IMG/VR virus record: IMGVR_UViG_3300031088_000793
DNA length: 64,000 bases
Source of the DNA: a virus
Taxonomy: Duplodnaviria > Heunggongvirae > Uroviricota > Caudoviricetes
Direction: 5' to 3' (one strand)
Made by a program: the position numbers and the translations under genes. Below are positions 1 to 9,170 of this stretch, piece after piece. Each line of letters opens with the position of its first letter. The first letter of the stretch is position 1. Under the pieces are notes generated by a model. That model was given only the letters and a program-made list of their open reading frames with translations, had not been told where the DNA came from and did not search any database.

Positions 1-5
1 ACTGC

Positions 6-272
6 CTAGGAGCGAGCCTCAGCGGGAACGCTGAGGAGGTAGACGGAGCCGTCGAAGCCCTCGCCGTAGCGAACGAGCCCCTCCTCGAGGAGGTCGTCGT
101 GCTCGGCCCGGTGGTCAGTGGCTCGCGAGCAGACGAAGCAGTACTCCCAGTCGGGAGTCTCCGCGAGGAGGTCGAGCTCCTGGATGAGCTCGGCGGAGAG
201 CGCCTCGAAGACGGCCTCGCCCTCGGTGGAGGTCGAGTAGACGGGCGTCGGAGTGGGGATCGTGGTGTCCAT
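6..272 (-). CDS. small acidic hypothetical protein with CxxC...H motif, leaderless
   Basis: ORF with CFVC-x5-H; TTGCGC-17-TAAGTT promoter ends 7 nt before the ATG. Confidence 0.75.
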   Translation of the reverse strand: MDTTIPTPTPVYSTSTEGEAVFEALSAELIQELDLLAETPDWEYCFVCSRATDHRAEHDDLLEEGLVRYGEGFDGSVYLLSVPAEARS

Positions 273-309
273 GGGTTCAACTTACACCCGATACCAGCAC
301 AGCGCAACC
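273..309 (-). promoter_or_regulatory. sigma70/SigA-type promoter, leaderless transcript
   Basis: -35 TTGCGC (302-307), 17 nt spacer, -10 TAAGTT (279-284). Confidence 0.7.
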
Positions 310-334
310 ACGAATTCCAACTGGATTCAGCCTG

Positions 335-1087
335 TCAGTCCTGCCGGCTATCCTCGGGGCCGAAGCCCACCCCAGTGAGCTCGAGGAGCTTGCCCTGGGC
401 CATGAGCACTCCCTCGCCGTGCCAGTCGAAGCCGGCCTCCTCCGCGAGCCCAGCTTCGGTGAGGGCCTGGGCTACCTCTCCGGTGTTCCAGGTGTCCGTG
501 GGGATCAGGTACTCATCGCCGAGTCCCACCACGGAGCGAAGGATGGCTCGCTTCCTCCCCGAGGCTTCGACGAGCATGATCCGGAAGCCTCCGTCGATGG
601 GCTGAAGCTCAAGGGAGGGATCGTCGTAGCCCTCCATGCCCATGAGGAGCTCTCCTTCGAGCTCGACCCGACTGAAGCCGTTGATCTGAGCTTCGATCTC
701 CTCGACGGTGGGCATCAGCAGCGCCAGCACGGCCTCCCTGAGCTCACTGGGAAGGTCCTCGATGGCGCCGAAGCCTCCGTAGCCCATCTCAGAGGGCCGA
801 GGCTCAGTGGGCTTCGGAGACTCCCAGCGGCCACGGAAGGATCCACCCCTGCCGTTCTCGGCCTGGAGATCTACTGAGAAGAGCGGCACATCCTTCCCTC
901 CGGGGAGGCTGAGCACTCGCTTGCTCACCGAGCCCCGGTGGGGCGAGAGCTCGCCGGCCAGCCCGAACCTCACTGCTGGCGCGCCCGCGGGGAGCGTGAA
1001 GGTGACGATCTCCTCTAGACTCCGAGTGGTCTCAGCCACTGAGAACGGAGCTCTGGGCTCATCGCCATCTGCTGGAACTTCGTACAT
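335..1087 (-). CDS. hypothetical protein
   Basis: 250 aa ORF, GGAG SD upstream, codon style like neighbours. Confidence 0.7.
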   Translation of the reverse strand: MYEVPADGDEPRAPFSVAETTRSLEEIVTFTLPAGAPAVRFGLAGELSPHRGSVSKRVLSLPGGKDVPLFSVDLQAENGRGGSFRGRWESPKPTEPRPSEMGYGGFGAIEDLPSELREAVLALLMPTVEEIEAQINGFSRVELEGELLMGMEGYDDPSLELQPIDGGFRIMLVEASGRKRAILRSVVGLGDEYLIPTDTWNTGEVAQALTEAGLAEEAGFDWHGEGVLMAQGKLLELTGVGFGPEDSRQD

Positions 1088-1135
1088 CTGGGGACTCCTA
1101 GAGGGTTCGGGAAAGAGCGCGGGGAGAGGGCTTAC

Positions 1136-1612
1136 CTACCACCACATGACCCGGTGGACCAGAGCCCAGAGGCTCCAGAAGTTGTCTGCCGCCTTGGAGG
1201 AGAGAGACTCATCCATCTCGCTGTCCAGGGCGTCCTCGGCAAAGCCGATGAGGAGGTCGAGGGCCTGACCCTGATCGAGGGGGAAGCCGTTCCACTCGAA
1301 CTTGTGAAACTCCAGGGAGATCACGGCAGGGGCAAGATCCCGGAACATCCGGAGTCGCTCGTAGGTGAGCTCCAGCATGGCAGTGTCCAGGGACCAGGTG
1401 GCCCGGGAGTCGAAGCCGTAGCGAGCTCGCTGTGCGACCCAGGCCCGCTGACGCTTCGCGGGGTCGGCGCCGTCCTGGAGGCCCCAGGTGTCCACGGGCT
1501 CGTAGCCGTTGAGTCCGTCGAGGTAGGCCCGGCGGCGGGGCTTGAGCTCCGGAAGAACGGAGGGGGCGCTCTCGGCTGAGGGCTCGGGGGAGGAGTCAGA
1601 AATCGTGGCCAT
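1136..1612 (-). CDS. phage-type hypothetical protein (GFD..TWSLD motif)
   Basis: motif seen in small phage proteins; start moved to ATG 1612, just after TTGTGG-17-TATGGT promoter. Confidence 0.7.
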   Translation of the reverse strand: MATISDSSPEPSAESAPSVLPELKPRRRAYLDGLNGYEPVDTWGLQDGADPAKRQRAWVAQRARYGFDSRATWSLDTAMLELTYERLRMFRDLAPAVISLEFHKFEWNGFPLDQGQALDLLIGFAEDALDSEMDESLSSKAADNFWSLWALVHRVMWW

Positions 1613-1656
1613 GAGCTCTACCATACACGATGGCTGACTCCTCCACAACCCGCAGC

Positions 1657-2889
1657 TCAGCTCAGATCGATGAGCTTCGAGATCCTGGCAGGCTCTCGGC
1701 GCTCGATGGCCGCCTCGATGAGCAGAGGCTTCCTGAGCGTTGTGGAGGGGAGGCTATTAGCAATCCGACTCAGCGCGATCTTCGGGGTGGCTGCGTGGAC
1801 TACGATGAGCCTACTCGGTGCGAGCTCTAGGAGCATTTCGATCTCTCGGGATCCAGCGCGGAGCTCGTCCAGGGCTATGAGATCTGAACCGATTCGAAGG
1901 AGCTCAGTGGAGCCATTCGCTGCTGCTACCTCCGCGTCGAGCACAACAGCATTGGAGGCCCTGCGAGCATAGCGCTGCACGCCCTCGACGAGAAGAAGTG
2001 AGCGTAGCTTCGAGAGCTCGATGATGGAGTCGGCCAGGGTGCTCTTTCCGGTACCCGTCACGCCGAAGACTACGATGTCTCGACCCTGCTGAAGTCCCTC
2101 GGCAGCTGCGAGCACATTGTCGATGCTCCCCGATGACTCTGATGCCGTTTCGAAGACGGTCTGCGTCACACCCATGTTCTCGACCGTCAAAGCCGTGGGC
2201 CGGCTGTTCATCTCAGCACTGATCCGGCTGAGAACATTGGGGTCAAGGAGCCTAAGCCCAACGACTCCGTAGCTGCTCCGAGTTCCCTCGAGGTAGAGCG
2301 GATTACGGAGCTCGACATCCGGGTAGATCCGCTGGATTTGCTCGCTCACTCCATGCTCAGAGTTAGCGTGGACGACGATGATCCGGCGCTTCTCGGTCTG
2401 GAGCTGAGCCGCGATGGAGCCAGCTGCAGATCCATTGAGCCGCTGAACCTCATCGATGACGAGGATCTCAGCTTCCCCACTCTCCGCCTTCGGACCCTTG
2501 AGGAGCTCTCCGTAGTGCTGGTAGTGGCTCTGCAGGATCTTAGCAGTAAGCCCCGTAGCTGCGAGCACAGCATCGACCGCTACGCTCTTGCCCGTCATCG
2601 ACTTGCCGAAGATCACGAGGTCGCGCTCGGGAGAGAGTGTTGCTGCCGCGATGGAAGCAAGCTTGAGGTCAGCATCTGTCATCAGCTCAGAGAATCGATC
2701 CGTCAGGTGCTCCCAGTTGAGCCCCAGCGCAGTTGCTTCCTTCACAGTGTAGCAGGAGTCAATGGAGCCCAGATTGAGCCGAACCTGGAGATTGGCTGCA
2801 AGCGCGAGGGCCTGTGTATAGCTGAGCTTGCCGTTGCTCAGAGCCATGAGCTCTCGAGCCTTGAGCTTGTGCGAGTGATTGGCGACCAT
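1657..2889 (-). CDS. basic N-terminal module fused to two tandem VirB11/TadA/PilT-like P-loop domains
   Basis: start MVANHSHKLKARELM...SYTQAL; Walker A GKSMTGKS and GVTGTGKS; Walker B VIDEVQ and ALDELR; VVHA His-box-like motif twice. Confidence 0.75.
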   Translation of the reverse strand: MVANHSHKLKARELMALSNGKLSYTQALALAANLQVRLNLGSIDSCYTVKEATALGLNWEHLTDRFSELMTDADLKLASIAAATLSPERDLVIFGKSMTGKSVAVDAVLAATGLTAKILQSHYQHYGELLKGPKAESGEAEILVIDEVQRLNGSAAGSIAAQLQTEKRRIIVVHANSEHGVSEQIQRIYPDVELRNPLYLEGTRSSYGVVGLRLLDPNVLSRISAEMNSRPTALTVENMGVTQTVFETASESSGSIDNVLAAAEGLQQGRDIVVFGVTGTGKSTLADSIIELSKLRSLLLVEGVQRYARRASNAVVLDAEVAAANGSTELLRIGSDLIALDELRAGSREIEMLLELAPSRLIVVHAATPKIALSRIANSLPSTTLRKPLLIEAAIERREPARISKLIDLS

Positions 2890-3042
2890 GAGGTCTGTCC
2901 CTTCGGAGTCTCCCACACAGGCTCAACAAAGAGGAAAGAGGTTTGAAGTCCTGAGATGCTAAGCACCTTCCCCCTCGTGTGCTGTCCCGTGTGGGTGGAT
3001 AGCCAGAGGCCGCCTTCAGATCGGCGTAGGGCTACACTATCA
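2890..3042 (-). ncRNA. structured leader RNA class A, copy 1 (with TGATAGTGT promoter)
   Basis: 34 nt identical to 9052-9085; long-range helix CCCACAC/GTGTGGG. Confidence 0.7.
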
Positions 3043-3562
3043 CATCCGGACTCGAAGGAGTGCCACGGCGAGCTCTCAGAGAGCCCAGGACCATGAGCAC
3101 ACCGGCTCCAAGGATAGCCAGGGAGCCACCGAGGAAGACCTCTCGCCAGGGTGTCTCCTCGAGCTTAAGCGCAGGATCCACCAGGCTGGAATCAGCGGGA
3201 TTCCCGGGAGCGTAATAGACAGTGCGCTCAGCACCTTCCTTCTGAGCCTCGCCGCAGTCCCTCTGCTCCACGGCCTCTGCCTGGATGGACTCACCGGAAT
3301 CGGCGAGGAAGCTGTAGCTCACCGTGCAGACGGCCTGATCTCCGTAGCTCACTGACTCAGCGCCCGGGAGCACAGTGCCGACGGAGGTTGCTGTCAGCCT
3401 GGAGGCATCCTGTCCAGCGTCGATCCGAAGCCAGAGGGAGCCAGCCATGAGTAGAAGTCCGAGGAGCGCCAGGGCCGTTGCGGCGAGGTAGAAGCGCCTC
3501 GGAGTGAGGGCGCCGCGCTCCAGGGAACTGCGGCTGCCTAGGTAGGGGTTTCCATCGCTCAT
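3032..3562 (-). CDS. DUF3592-like membrane protein
   Basis: two TM segments flanking a beta-rich domain, V.Y.P.NP motif; start MSDGNP at 3562. Confidence 0.65.
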   Translation of the reverse strand: MSDGNPYLGSRSSLERGALTPRRFYLAATALALLGLLLMAGSLWLRIDAGQDASRLTATSVGTVLPGAESVSYGDQAVCTVSYSFLADSGESIQAEAVEQRDCGEAQKEGAERTVYYAPGNPADSSLVDPALKLEETPWREVFLGGSLAILGAGVLMVLGSLRARRGTPSSPDVIV

Positions 3563-3644
3563 GGATCGACTATCGACCGGTAGCGATGCGGGGCGCTCGG
3601 GGGCAGGGGCCGAAGCACTCGCAGCCCCCGAGCAGAGCGGGCCC

Positions 3645-3794
3645 TTAGGCCAGCTCGTAGATGTGCGCCTGCCTCTTGGACAGGACCCAGACCTCCTGGC
3701 CCCGGGCCATGAGCTCGGCGGCCAGGGCCCAGGCTGCGCCCGAGTCCTTGCCGAACTCGCGGATGGTCCGGTTCTTCCCGTAGATAACAACCAT
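3645..3794 (-). CDS. small hypothetical protein (49 aa)
   Basis: AAGGAG SD before MVVIYGK. Confidence 0.55.
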   Translation of the reverse strand: MVVIYGKNRTIREFGKDSGAAWALAAELMARGQEVWVLSKRQAHIYELA

Positions 3795-3967
3795 GATGCT
3801 CTCCTTTTTCATACAGCACTGCCTTAGAAGCACGCAGAAGCGGAATGCCTAAGCGCGGGCAGTGAACTGTCAAAGGAGTTGAGATCAAATCATGGCGGAG
3901 GAGTATCCTTAGGGGTTAGGTGTCAATCGGGGGTGTTGCGAGGCTACCATATCGAAGTGCTTCGACC

Positions 3968-4010
3968 CTGTGCGGGGCTCGGAGGAAATTTCTCTCTGAG
4001 CCCCGCACAG
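3968..4010 (-). terminator. hairpin terminator after the VWA gene
   Basis: CTGTGCGGGGCTC...GAGCCCCGCACAG inverted repeat. Confidence 0.65.
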
Positions 4011-4015
4011 ATGGT

Positions 4016-5863
4016 CTAGCTGTCGATGAGCGCCTCGATGTTGCTCCGGATCTTGTCGAAGAGCTCACTGTCGGCAGATCTGTGGAGAGACCAGTCATCC
4101 TCCTCGATGGAAGAGGTGTCGTAGAAGCCCGCCTCCTCGGTGTCGATGACGCTGATGTGGTTCCTGACCTCGACGCCGTTGCGCTCAGCTGTACAGGAGT
4201 CGGAGAGCTTGAAGCCGATGTTGTCTCCACAGTCGGTGACCAGGATGATCTCATTCTTCTGCAGGATGGGAAGCTTCTGCATCACTTCCTGGTAGACGAA
4301 GCCGAAGGCGTTGCCGCCCGAAGCCTTGAGCGTGAGCTCGCCGATGTCCGTGGACTGCTCCACCAGCTTGTGGTTGTAGGTGAAATAGACGATGTTCTCG
4401 ATGTCCAGCTTCTCCTGGAGCTCCTCGACCATGCCCGAGAGCTCAGCGAACTTGGTGGTCCACTCAGTGTTCATGGAGCCGGAGATATCGAGGCCCACGA
4501 GCACATTGATTCCAGATGCCCTCAGCCGCTTCTTGCCCTTGAGCATGTCCGTCTGGTCGAGCTCCTTCTTGTTGGACTTGAAGTAGCTCAGCTCACTCTC
4601 GGGGAGCTTGACCCGGTTGCTCAGGATGTTGTTGAGCTCGTTCTCCTGGAGCTTGAGCCGCTTAGTCCTGAGCCCCGAGCTGATCCTCTTCAGCGCCGAG
4701 CTGTCTGCCTGACGCTTCAGGCTCTCTGAGCGGTCGATGGTGACTGGATGGGGAAGTCCACAGTCGAAGGAGTGGCCGCCATCTGAAACATCGGCATCGG
4801 GATCGTCCGGCAGGAGGTGGTCCGTCCGGTTCGAGCTCAGCCTTCCATCGGATTCCGCATCGGCATCCTCATCCCCCTCGGGGACGAAGGAGAGCTCAGC
4901 GAGGAGGAGCTCAAGGAGCTCAGCTGAGAGGTTGCGCTTCTTCTGGAGCCGGGTGAGCGCTCTGCCGCGCTCCTCCTCTGCCTCCCGCTGGTCGAGTCGC
5001 TCCCGATCCTTGGACTGGAAGACTCGAACCTTGGCCTCGAGCCTGTTCTTCAGGATCAGGGTCTTCGGCGAGGGGTTCCTCTTGAGCTTGCCCTCGAGCT
5101 TCGAGATCTGAGCGTTGGCCTTCGAGATCTCGCTGACCCTGCGCCAGATCCGCTTGTTGAGGTAGTTAGCGTCCCGGTGGACATCGAGGAGCTTCTGATC
5201 GATCTCCTCGATGTCCGAGCGGAGCTCCTGGATCATGGAGCGCAGGTGGCCTCCCAGACCCATGTAGCTTGCGGCCTTCTCGTCATCGGTGAGGGGCTCC
5301 TTGAGGAGCTTGCCACAGACCTCCTTGGCGATGTGGGAAGCGCTCTCCAGCCTGTCGAGGTGCTTCACTCCAGCCCGGATGCCGCTGAACTCTAGCGTGC
5401 TGTGGCAGACGCACTTGCCCTCGACCACAGTCTCGATGATGATGTCCTCCACGATGTTCTCAGCGTAGAGCAGCCTGCGGATCCCGTAGGCTCGGATGTT
5501 GTCCGGAGTGTAGAGGATCTTGGCGATGGAGGACCGGAGAGTCTGATCGTGGACTGAGACGAACTGGCTCGCATCGAAGAGCATGAGGTGGCCCAGCTCG
5601 TGCTGGATCAGGGTGCTGAGCATCGAGTCCGGGTAGTTCGCATTGACCACGATCTCCCGGGTGGAGGGAGTGGTGTAGGCGATCTTCGGAGTGTCGTAGT
5701 CGAGGTAGAGCTTGAAGCCGTTCTCTGCGATGTAGCGAAGGAAGGCCTTGTTAGTGAGGAAGCGCGCTGGATCGTGCTCAGTGCGCCCCGACTCATCTCG
5801 CTGGGGCTTGGGAGCCTGGCCAGGCCAGAGCTCTCCATAGTGGAAGTTCTTCTGTTCAGCCAT
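4016..5863 (-). CDS. HExxH metallopeptidase-like + coiled coil + VWA domain protein (DUF2201-like, MoxR partner)
   Basis: HELGH, long coiled coil, C-terminal DISGS MIDAS motif and LVTD. Confidence 0.8.
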   Translation of the reverse strand: MAEQKNFHYGELWPGQAPKPQRDESGRTEHDPARFLTNKAFLRYIAENGFKLYLDYDTPKIAYTTPSTREIVVNANYPDSMLSTLIQHELGHLMLFDASQFVSVHDQTLRSSIAKILYTPDNIRAYGIRRLLYAENIVEDIIIETVVEGKCVCHSTLEFSGIRAGVKHLDRLESASHIAKEVCGKLLKEPLTDDEKAASYMGLGGHLRSMIQELRSDIEEIDQKLLDVHRDANYLNKRIWRRVSEISKANAQISKLEGKLKRNPSPKTLILKNRLEAKVRVFQSKDRERLDQREAEEERGRALTRLQKKRNLSAELLELLLAELSFVPEGDEDADAESDGRLSSNRTDHLLPDDPDADVSDGGHSFDCGLPHPVTIDRSESLKRQADSSALKRISSGLRTKRLKLQENELNNILSNRVKLPESELSYFKSNKKELDQTDMLKGKKRLRASGINVLVGLDISGSMNTEWTTKFAELSGMVEELQEKLDIENIVYFTYNHKLVEQSTDIGELTLKASGGNAFGFVYQEVMQKLPILQKNEIILVTDCGDNIGFKLSDSCTAERNGVEVRNHISVIDTEEAGFYDTSSIEEDDWSLHRSADSELFDKIRSNIEALIDS

Positions 5864-5878
5864 GGTAGCCTCCTAGGA

Positions 5879-6934
5879 TCAGGCCAGCACGCGGGAGCTC
5901 GGCAGGGGAGCGTCGTCGGTCTCCACCTCAGCCTCGAACTTGTCCCGGAGGATCTCGACGATGGCCGCGTAGACCTTGGGGTTCTTGATCCGGGAGACGA
6001 ACTTCTTCGAGCGCGTGTAGGAGTAGGAGTTGGCGATGGAGTCCTGACCCCAGAGGATCTGCTGGAACTCCGAGATGTAGTCGCCCGGATCCTTCTTCCA
6101 CTGGCCGTAGGTCAGCGCGAGGTCATCCTCCTCGCCGAGGATGCTTCCGGAGGTCAGGATGTCCTCGGAGAAGAGTCCCATCTCCCGGGCGAAGTCGAAG
6201 GCCTTCTGGCCGAAGCCAGCGATGAGCGTGAGCTTCTCGACCTCGCTGAGCTCGCCGTAGCGGACGATGTTGAAGATGTTGTCCACGACTGCCGAGGAGA
6301 TCTCGTCGTAGTCGCAGTAGTTCACGATGTCATCGTAGTCCACATTGAGGAAGCCTCGAGGCATGGCGAACTTGTGCTTGGCCATCACATACTCGAAGTC
6401 GTCCACGATGGGAAGCATGCAGAGCCGCCGGCGGAAGGCTCCGGAGAGCCGCTTCGCAGCGTAGATAGCGTCCCGGCCGGGAGGGTTACAGGCACCGATG
6501 ATGTGGGTGGTCTTGGGAAGCTTCTGGCCATCGATGACGAAGTCAGAGAACATCTTCTGGAAACCTGAGAGCACATCCTGAGTGGTGTTGTTGAACTCGT
6601 CCACGAAGATGATGCACTTACCAGCTAGTGCCTTCTCAGCCCACTGGGGAAGAGCGGGCATGGTCTGCCAGACACCGTTGACCTTCTCGCGAGCTCCCAG
6701 GCCGATGATGTCGGTGGGCTCGATGCAGGCGAGGTTGAGGTCGATGAGAGTGTAGCCCATGCGCTTGGCCATCTTGGCGATGGTGGCGGACTTGCCGAGG
6801 CCGGGCTTGGAGATCAGGATGGAGACGAAGCGGTCCTCGTCGTTGGACTCCGCGTTCTCGAAGTTGCGGAAGAGCCTCTCGGTGAGCGAAATCGCTCCAT
6901 CGATGCTCTGGGAGAACATTTGCTTCTGGGCCAT
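5879..6934 (-). CDS. MoxR-like AAA+ ATPase
   Basis: SKPGLGKS Walker A, IIFVDEFN Walker B, GACNP, AFRRR arginine finger; adjacent VWA gene. Confidence 0.85.
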   Translation of the reverse strand: MAQKQMFSQSIDGAISLTERLFRNFENAESNDEDRFVSILISKPGLGKSATIAKMAKRMGYTLIDLNLACIEPTDIIGLGAREKVNGVWQTMPALPQWAEKALAGKCIIFVDEFNNTTQDVLSGFQKMFSDFVIDGQKLPKTTHIIGACNPPGRDAIYAAKRLSGAFRRRLCMLPIVDDFEYVMAKHKFAMPRGFLNVDYDDIVNYCDYDEISSAVVDNIFNIVRYGELSEVEKLTLIAGFGQKAFDFAREMGLFSEDILTSGSILGEEDDLALTYGQWKKDPGDYISEFQQILWGQDSIANSYSYTRSKKFVSRIKNPKVYAAIVEILRDKFEAEVETDDAPLPSSRVLA

Positions 6935-7126
6935 GGTGTCTATCTACCTCTGCTGAGTATCGGCTCGTGGGGGTGGTGCTCTTGGTACGAAGCTATGGTA
7001 CCAAGACGCGGCCTAAATCATCGGTGCGAGCGTCGATGCGGTCTGGAGGCTCGAGGGCTTAGACAGGCGCTCAGGGCCTCGATCCACGGCCTGATTGGGC
7101 TGTGAGCCGAGGCCCTGAGCGTAGCC

Positions 7127-8104
7127 TTAGTCTACGACTGACTCGATCACCGGCGGCCTGTCGAGGGGGTAGCGCCTGCCCACGATGGATTCAGCGATCT
7201 TGCCGAAGGTTTTCCCGATCTCGTAGTCGGAGATGATCCGCTCCAGAGCGACCTCGTTCAGAGCGGTCCCTACGATCTTCGGAGCATCTGGGATCACACT
7301 GATGATCGGCAGCTCCTGAGCGTTGGCTACTATGTCCTTGCCGAGCAGAGCGCGCTCGGCTGTGGCTCGATTGACCACGATGCCGATCTTGTCCTTCGGA
7401 ACAGCCATGCCATGCTGGTCGAGGGGGCTCGTCACCTCCCGAATCCAGCGAGCCATCGAGAAGAGCGATGGCTTTGAGGCTTCGGTGACCATGAGGATGA
7501 AATCAGCTAGCGGATAGGCTACCCTCTCGACGGTGGGATCAAGGTAGTTCGATGCCGTGTCGATGATGATGTAGTCGTAGCTGGACTTCAGCTCCTCGAT
7601 GAGCTCCCTGTAGAACTCGGGAGGGAGCTCATCGGCTGATCGGGGCCTGCGGGGAGCCAGCATGAGATCGACCTCAAGTCCCTCGTCGTGGACCTTGGTG
7701 CCTTCGATCTCGCTCTTGCTGATGCCGTAGCGCTTGAGCCTCATCACGGTGGGCTTCCAGAATCCAGTGAAGACTCCGATCTGACCGTCCCGGACATCGA
7801 GATCCAGGACGATGACCTTCAGGGGGTCCTTTGCTGCGCCTCGGGCTACCGACACCTTCGAGGCCTTGGAGATGTAGCTCGCCAGGCTCAGAGCGACGGT
7901 GGTCTTGCCAGTGCCTCCCCGGGAAGAGGTCACGGTGACGACCTGCCCCAGTGGGTGGCGATGTTCGAAGACTGTGGGCTCTGCCCCGTCCTGTCTAGGG
8001 AGCTCCCCGGAGATCTCCAGGGTGAGCCTTGCTTCGAGATAGTTGAGTCCCGTTTCAGCCATGTAGCTGCGGATGACTCGCTTGATCTTGCGGTTGCTGG
8101 TCAT
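7127..8104 (-). CDS. basic N-terminal module fused to MinD/ParA/CpaE-like ATPase
   Basis: MTSNRKIKRVIRSYMAETGLNYLEARL; deviant Walker A SRGGTGKTT, LDLD, YDYIIIDT. Confidence 0.85.
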   Translation of the reverse strand: MTSNRKIKRVIRSYMAETGLNYLEARLTLEISGELPRQDGAEPTVFEHRHPLGQVVTVTSSRGGTGKTTVALSLASYISKASKVSVARGAAKDPLKVIVLDLDVRDGQIGVFTGFWKPTVMRLKRYGISKSEIEGTKVHDEGLEVDLMLAPRRPRSADELPPEFYRELIEELKSSYDYIIIDTASNYLDPTVERVAYPLADFILMVTEASKPSLFSMARWIREVTSPLDQHGMAVPKDKIGIVVNRATAERALLGKDIVANAQELPIISVIPDAPKIVGTALNEVALERIISDYEIGKTFGKIAESIVGRRYPLDRPPVIESVVD

Positions 8105-8263
8105 GAGTATCTACCTTCTGCGGTCAGCCCACGCTTTGACTGCACAGTAAGAGATCCATGGCAATCAGTAACCTACAGGATTCGGAAACCTTGCTCTAGA
8201 GGCGGTCGCGTGGGGACACTACCCAAAGACGGGCCGCTGTAGCCGGCCAGAGCTACACTATCA
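8105..8263 (-). ncRNA. structured leader RNA class B, copy 1 (with TGATAGTGT promoter)
   Basis: shares TGGCCG..ACAGC.GCCCGTCTT, CCCACGC/GCGTGGG helix and AGAGCAAGGTT(C)TCCGAATCCTGT with 13531-13688. Confidence 0.7.
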
Positions 8264-8337
8264 AAGCCCCGTAGGAAAATCTCACAGTTGCTGGAAGTGG
8301 CCACCCAGATCCCGCACCGCGGCTCCCCGCTCAGCAA

Positions 8338-8958
8338 TCAGGCTGCGCGGTGGATGCGCAGCCCTCGGGCTCTCAGCTCCCGGTCATAGACGGACTCAAG
8401 GAAGACAGGTGATCTGAGCTCTAGCTCTGGCATCATGCGCTCGAGCCTCCAGCGAGCACTGTCTAGATCCTCCCCATGGATCACGAGAATCCTAGGTAGC
8501 GCTGTCGAGAGCTGAGCTCCCTGATCTGCGAAGGAGCTGCGAAGCTCATCTACCATCAGTACCTCACTTCTGGCGGCTATAGATCCGGCAAAGTAATGCT
8601 GGGACTGGACAAAGGAGTAGACACCGGCTATGTCCAAAAAGCTCCTGAGCCAGGCTGCTTCGAGATAGTGGCTCGCGAGGATAAAAGCGCGGAGCTGCAC
8701 CGCTTGGAGCACACTGTAGGCAGCTGTGCTCTTGCCCGATCCGGCTAGACCGAAGATCACGAGATCGCTGCCGGCTACCAATGCCCTGGAGGCTTCAGCT
8801 ACGATGGCTTTGCTCTCAGCCGGGAGCTCCCGGGATCGAATCCTTCTAAGGCTGTCGATCTTCGTGACATGGGCCATGGCATCGGTGAAGCCTATGGGCT
8901 TTTCGCTATCGGCCATGATCCGTCGAGCGATTTTCTTCTGAGCGTGATTGGCGACCAT
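8338..8958 (-). CDS. basic N-terminal module fused to single VirB11/TadA-like P-loop domain
   Basis: MVANHAQKKIARRIM; GLAGSGKS, MVDELR, VIHG; paralog of 1657-2889. Confidence 0.75.
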   Translation of the reverse strand: MVANHAQKKIARRIMADSEKPIGFTDAMAHVTKIDSLRRIRSRELPAESKAIVAEASRALVAGSDLVIFGLAGSGKSTAAYSVLQAVQLRAFILASHYLEAAWLRSFLDIAGVYSFVQSQHYFAGSIAARSEVLMVDELRSSFADQGAQLSTALPRILVIHGEDLDSARWRLERMMPELELRSPVFLESVYDRELRARGLRIHRAA

Positions 8959-9102
8959 AGTGGATCCCTTCGGAGCTCCCGCACAGTTCAAAGAGATGGA
9001 AGAAGATGATCTGCGATGCTGAACACCTTCCCTCTCTGAGGCTTCCAGTGCGGGTGGATAGCCAGAGGCCGCCTTCAGATCGGCGGTATGCTCATACTAT
9101 CA
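8959..9102 (-). ncRNA. structured leader RNA class A, copy 2 (with TGATAGTAT promoter)
   Basis: helix CCCGCAC/GTGCGGG covaries with copy 1. Confidence 0.7.
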
Positions 9103-9103
9103 A

Positions 9104-9143
9104 AGAGGCGGAGCGAACGACCTAAGCCCTTCGCTCCGCCTCT
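9104..9143 (-). terminator. hairpin terminator after the ParM gene
   Basis: AGAGGCGGAGCGAA...TTCGCTCCGCCTCT. Confidence 0.65.
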
Positions 9144-9170
9144 AGATCCCGCCAGATGGCGAAGTTACTC

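Noticed and set aside
7127-8104. parA of a parABS system
   Set aside because: No parB or parS nearby; looks closer to MinD/CpaE-type and carries the shared N-terminal module
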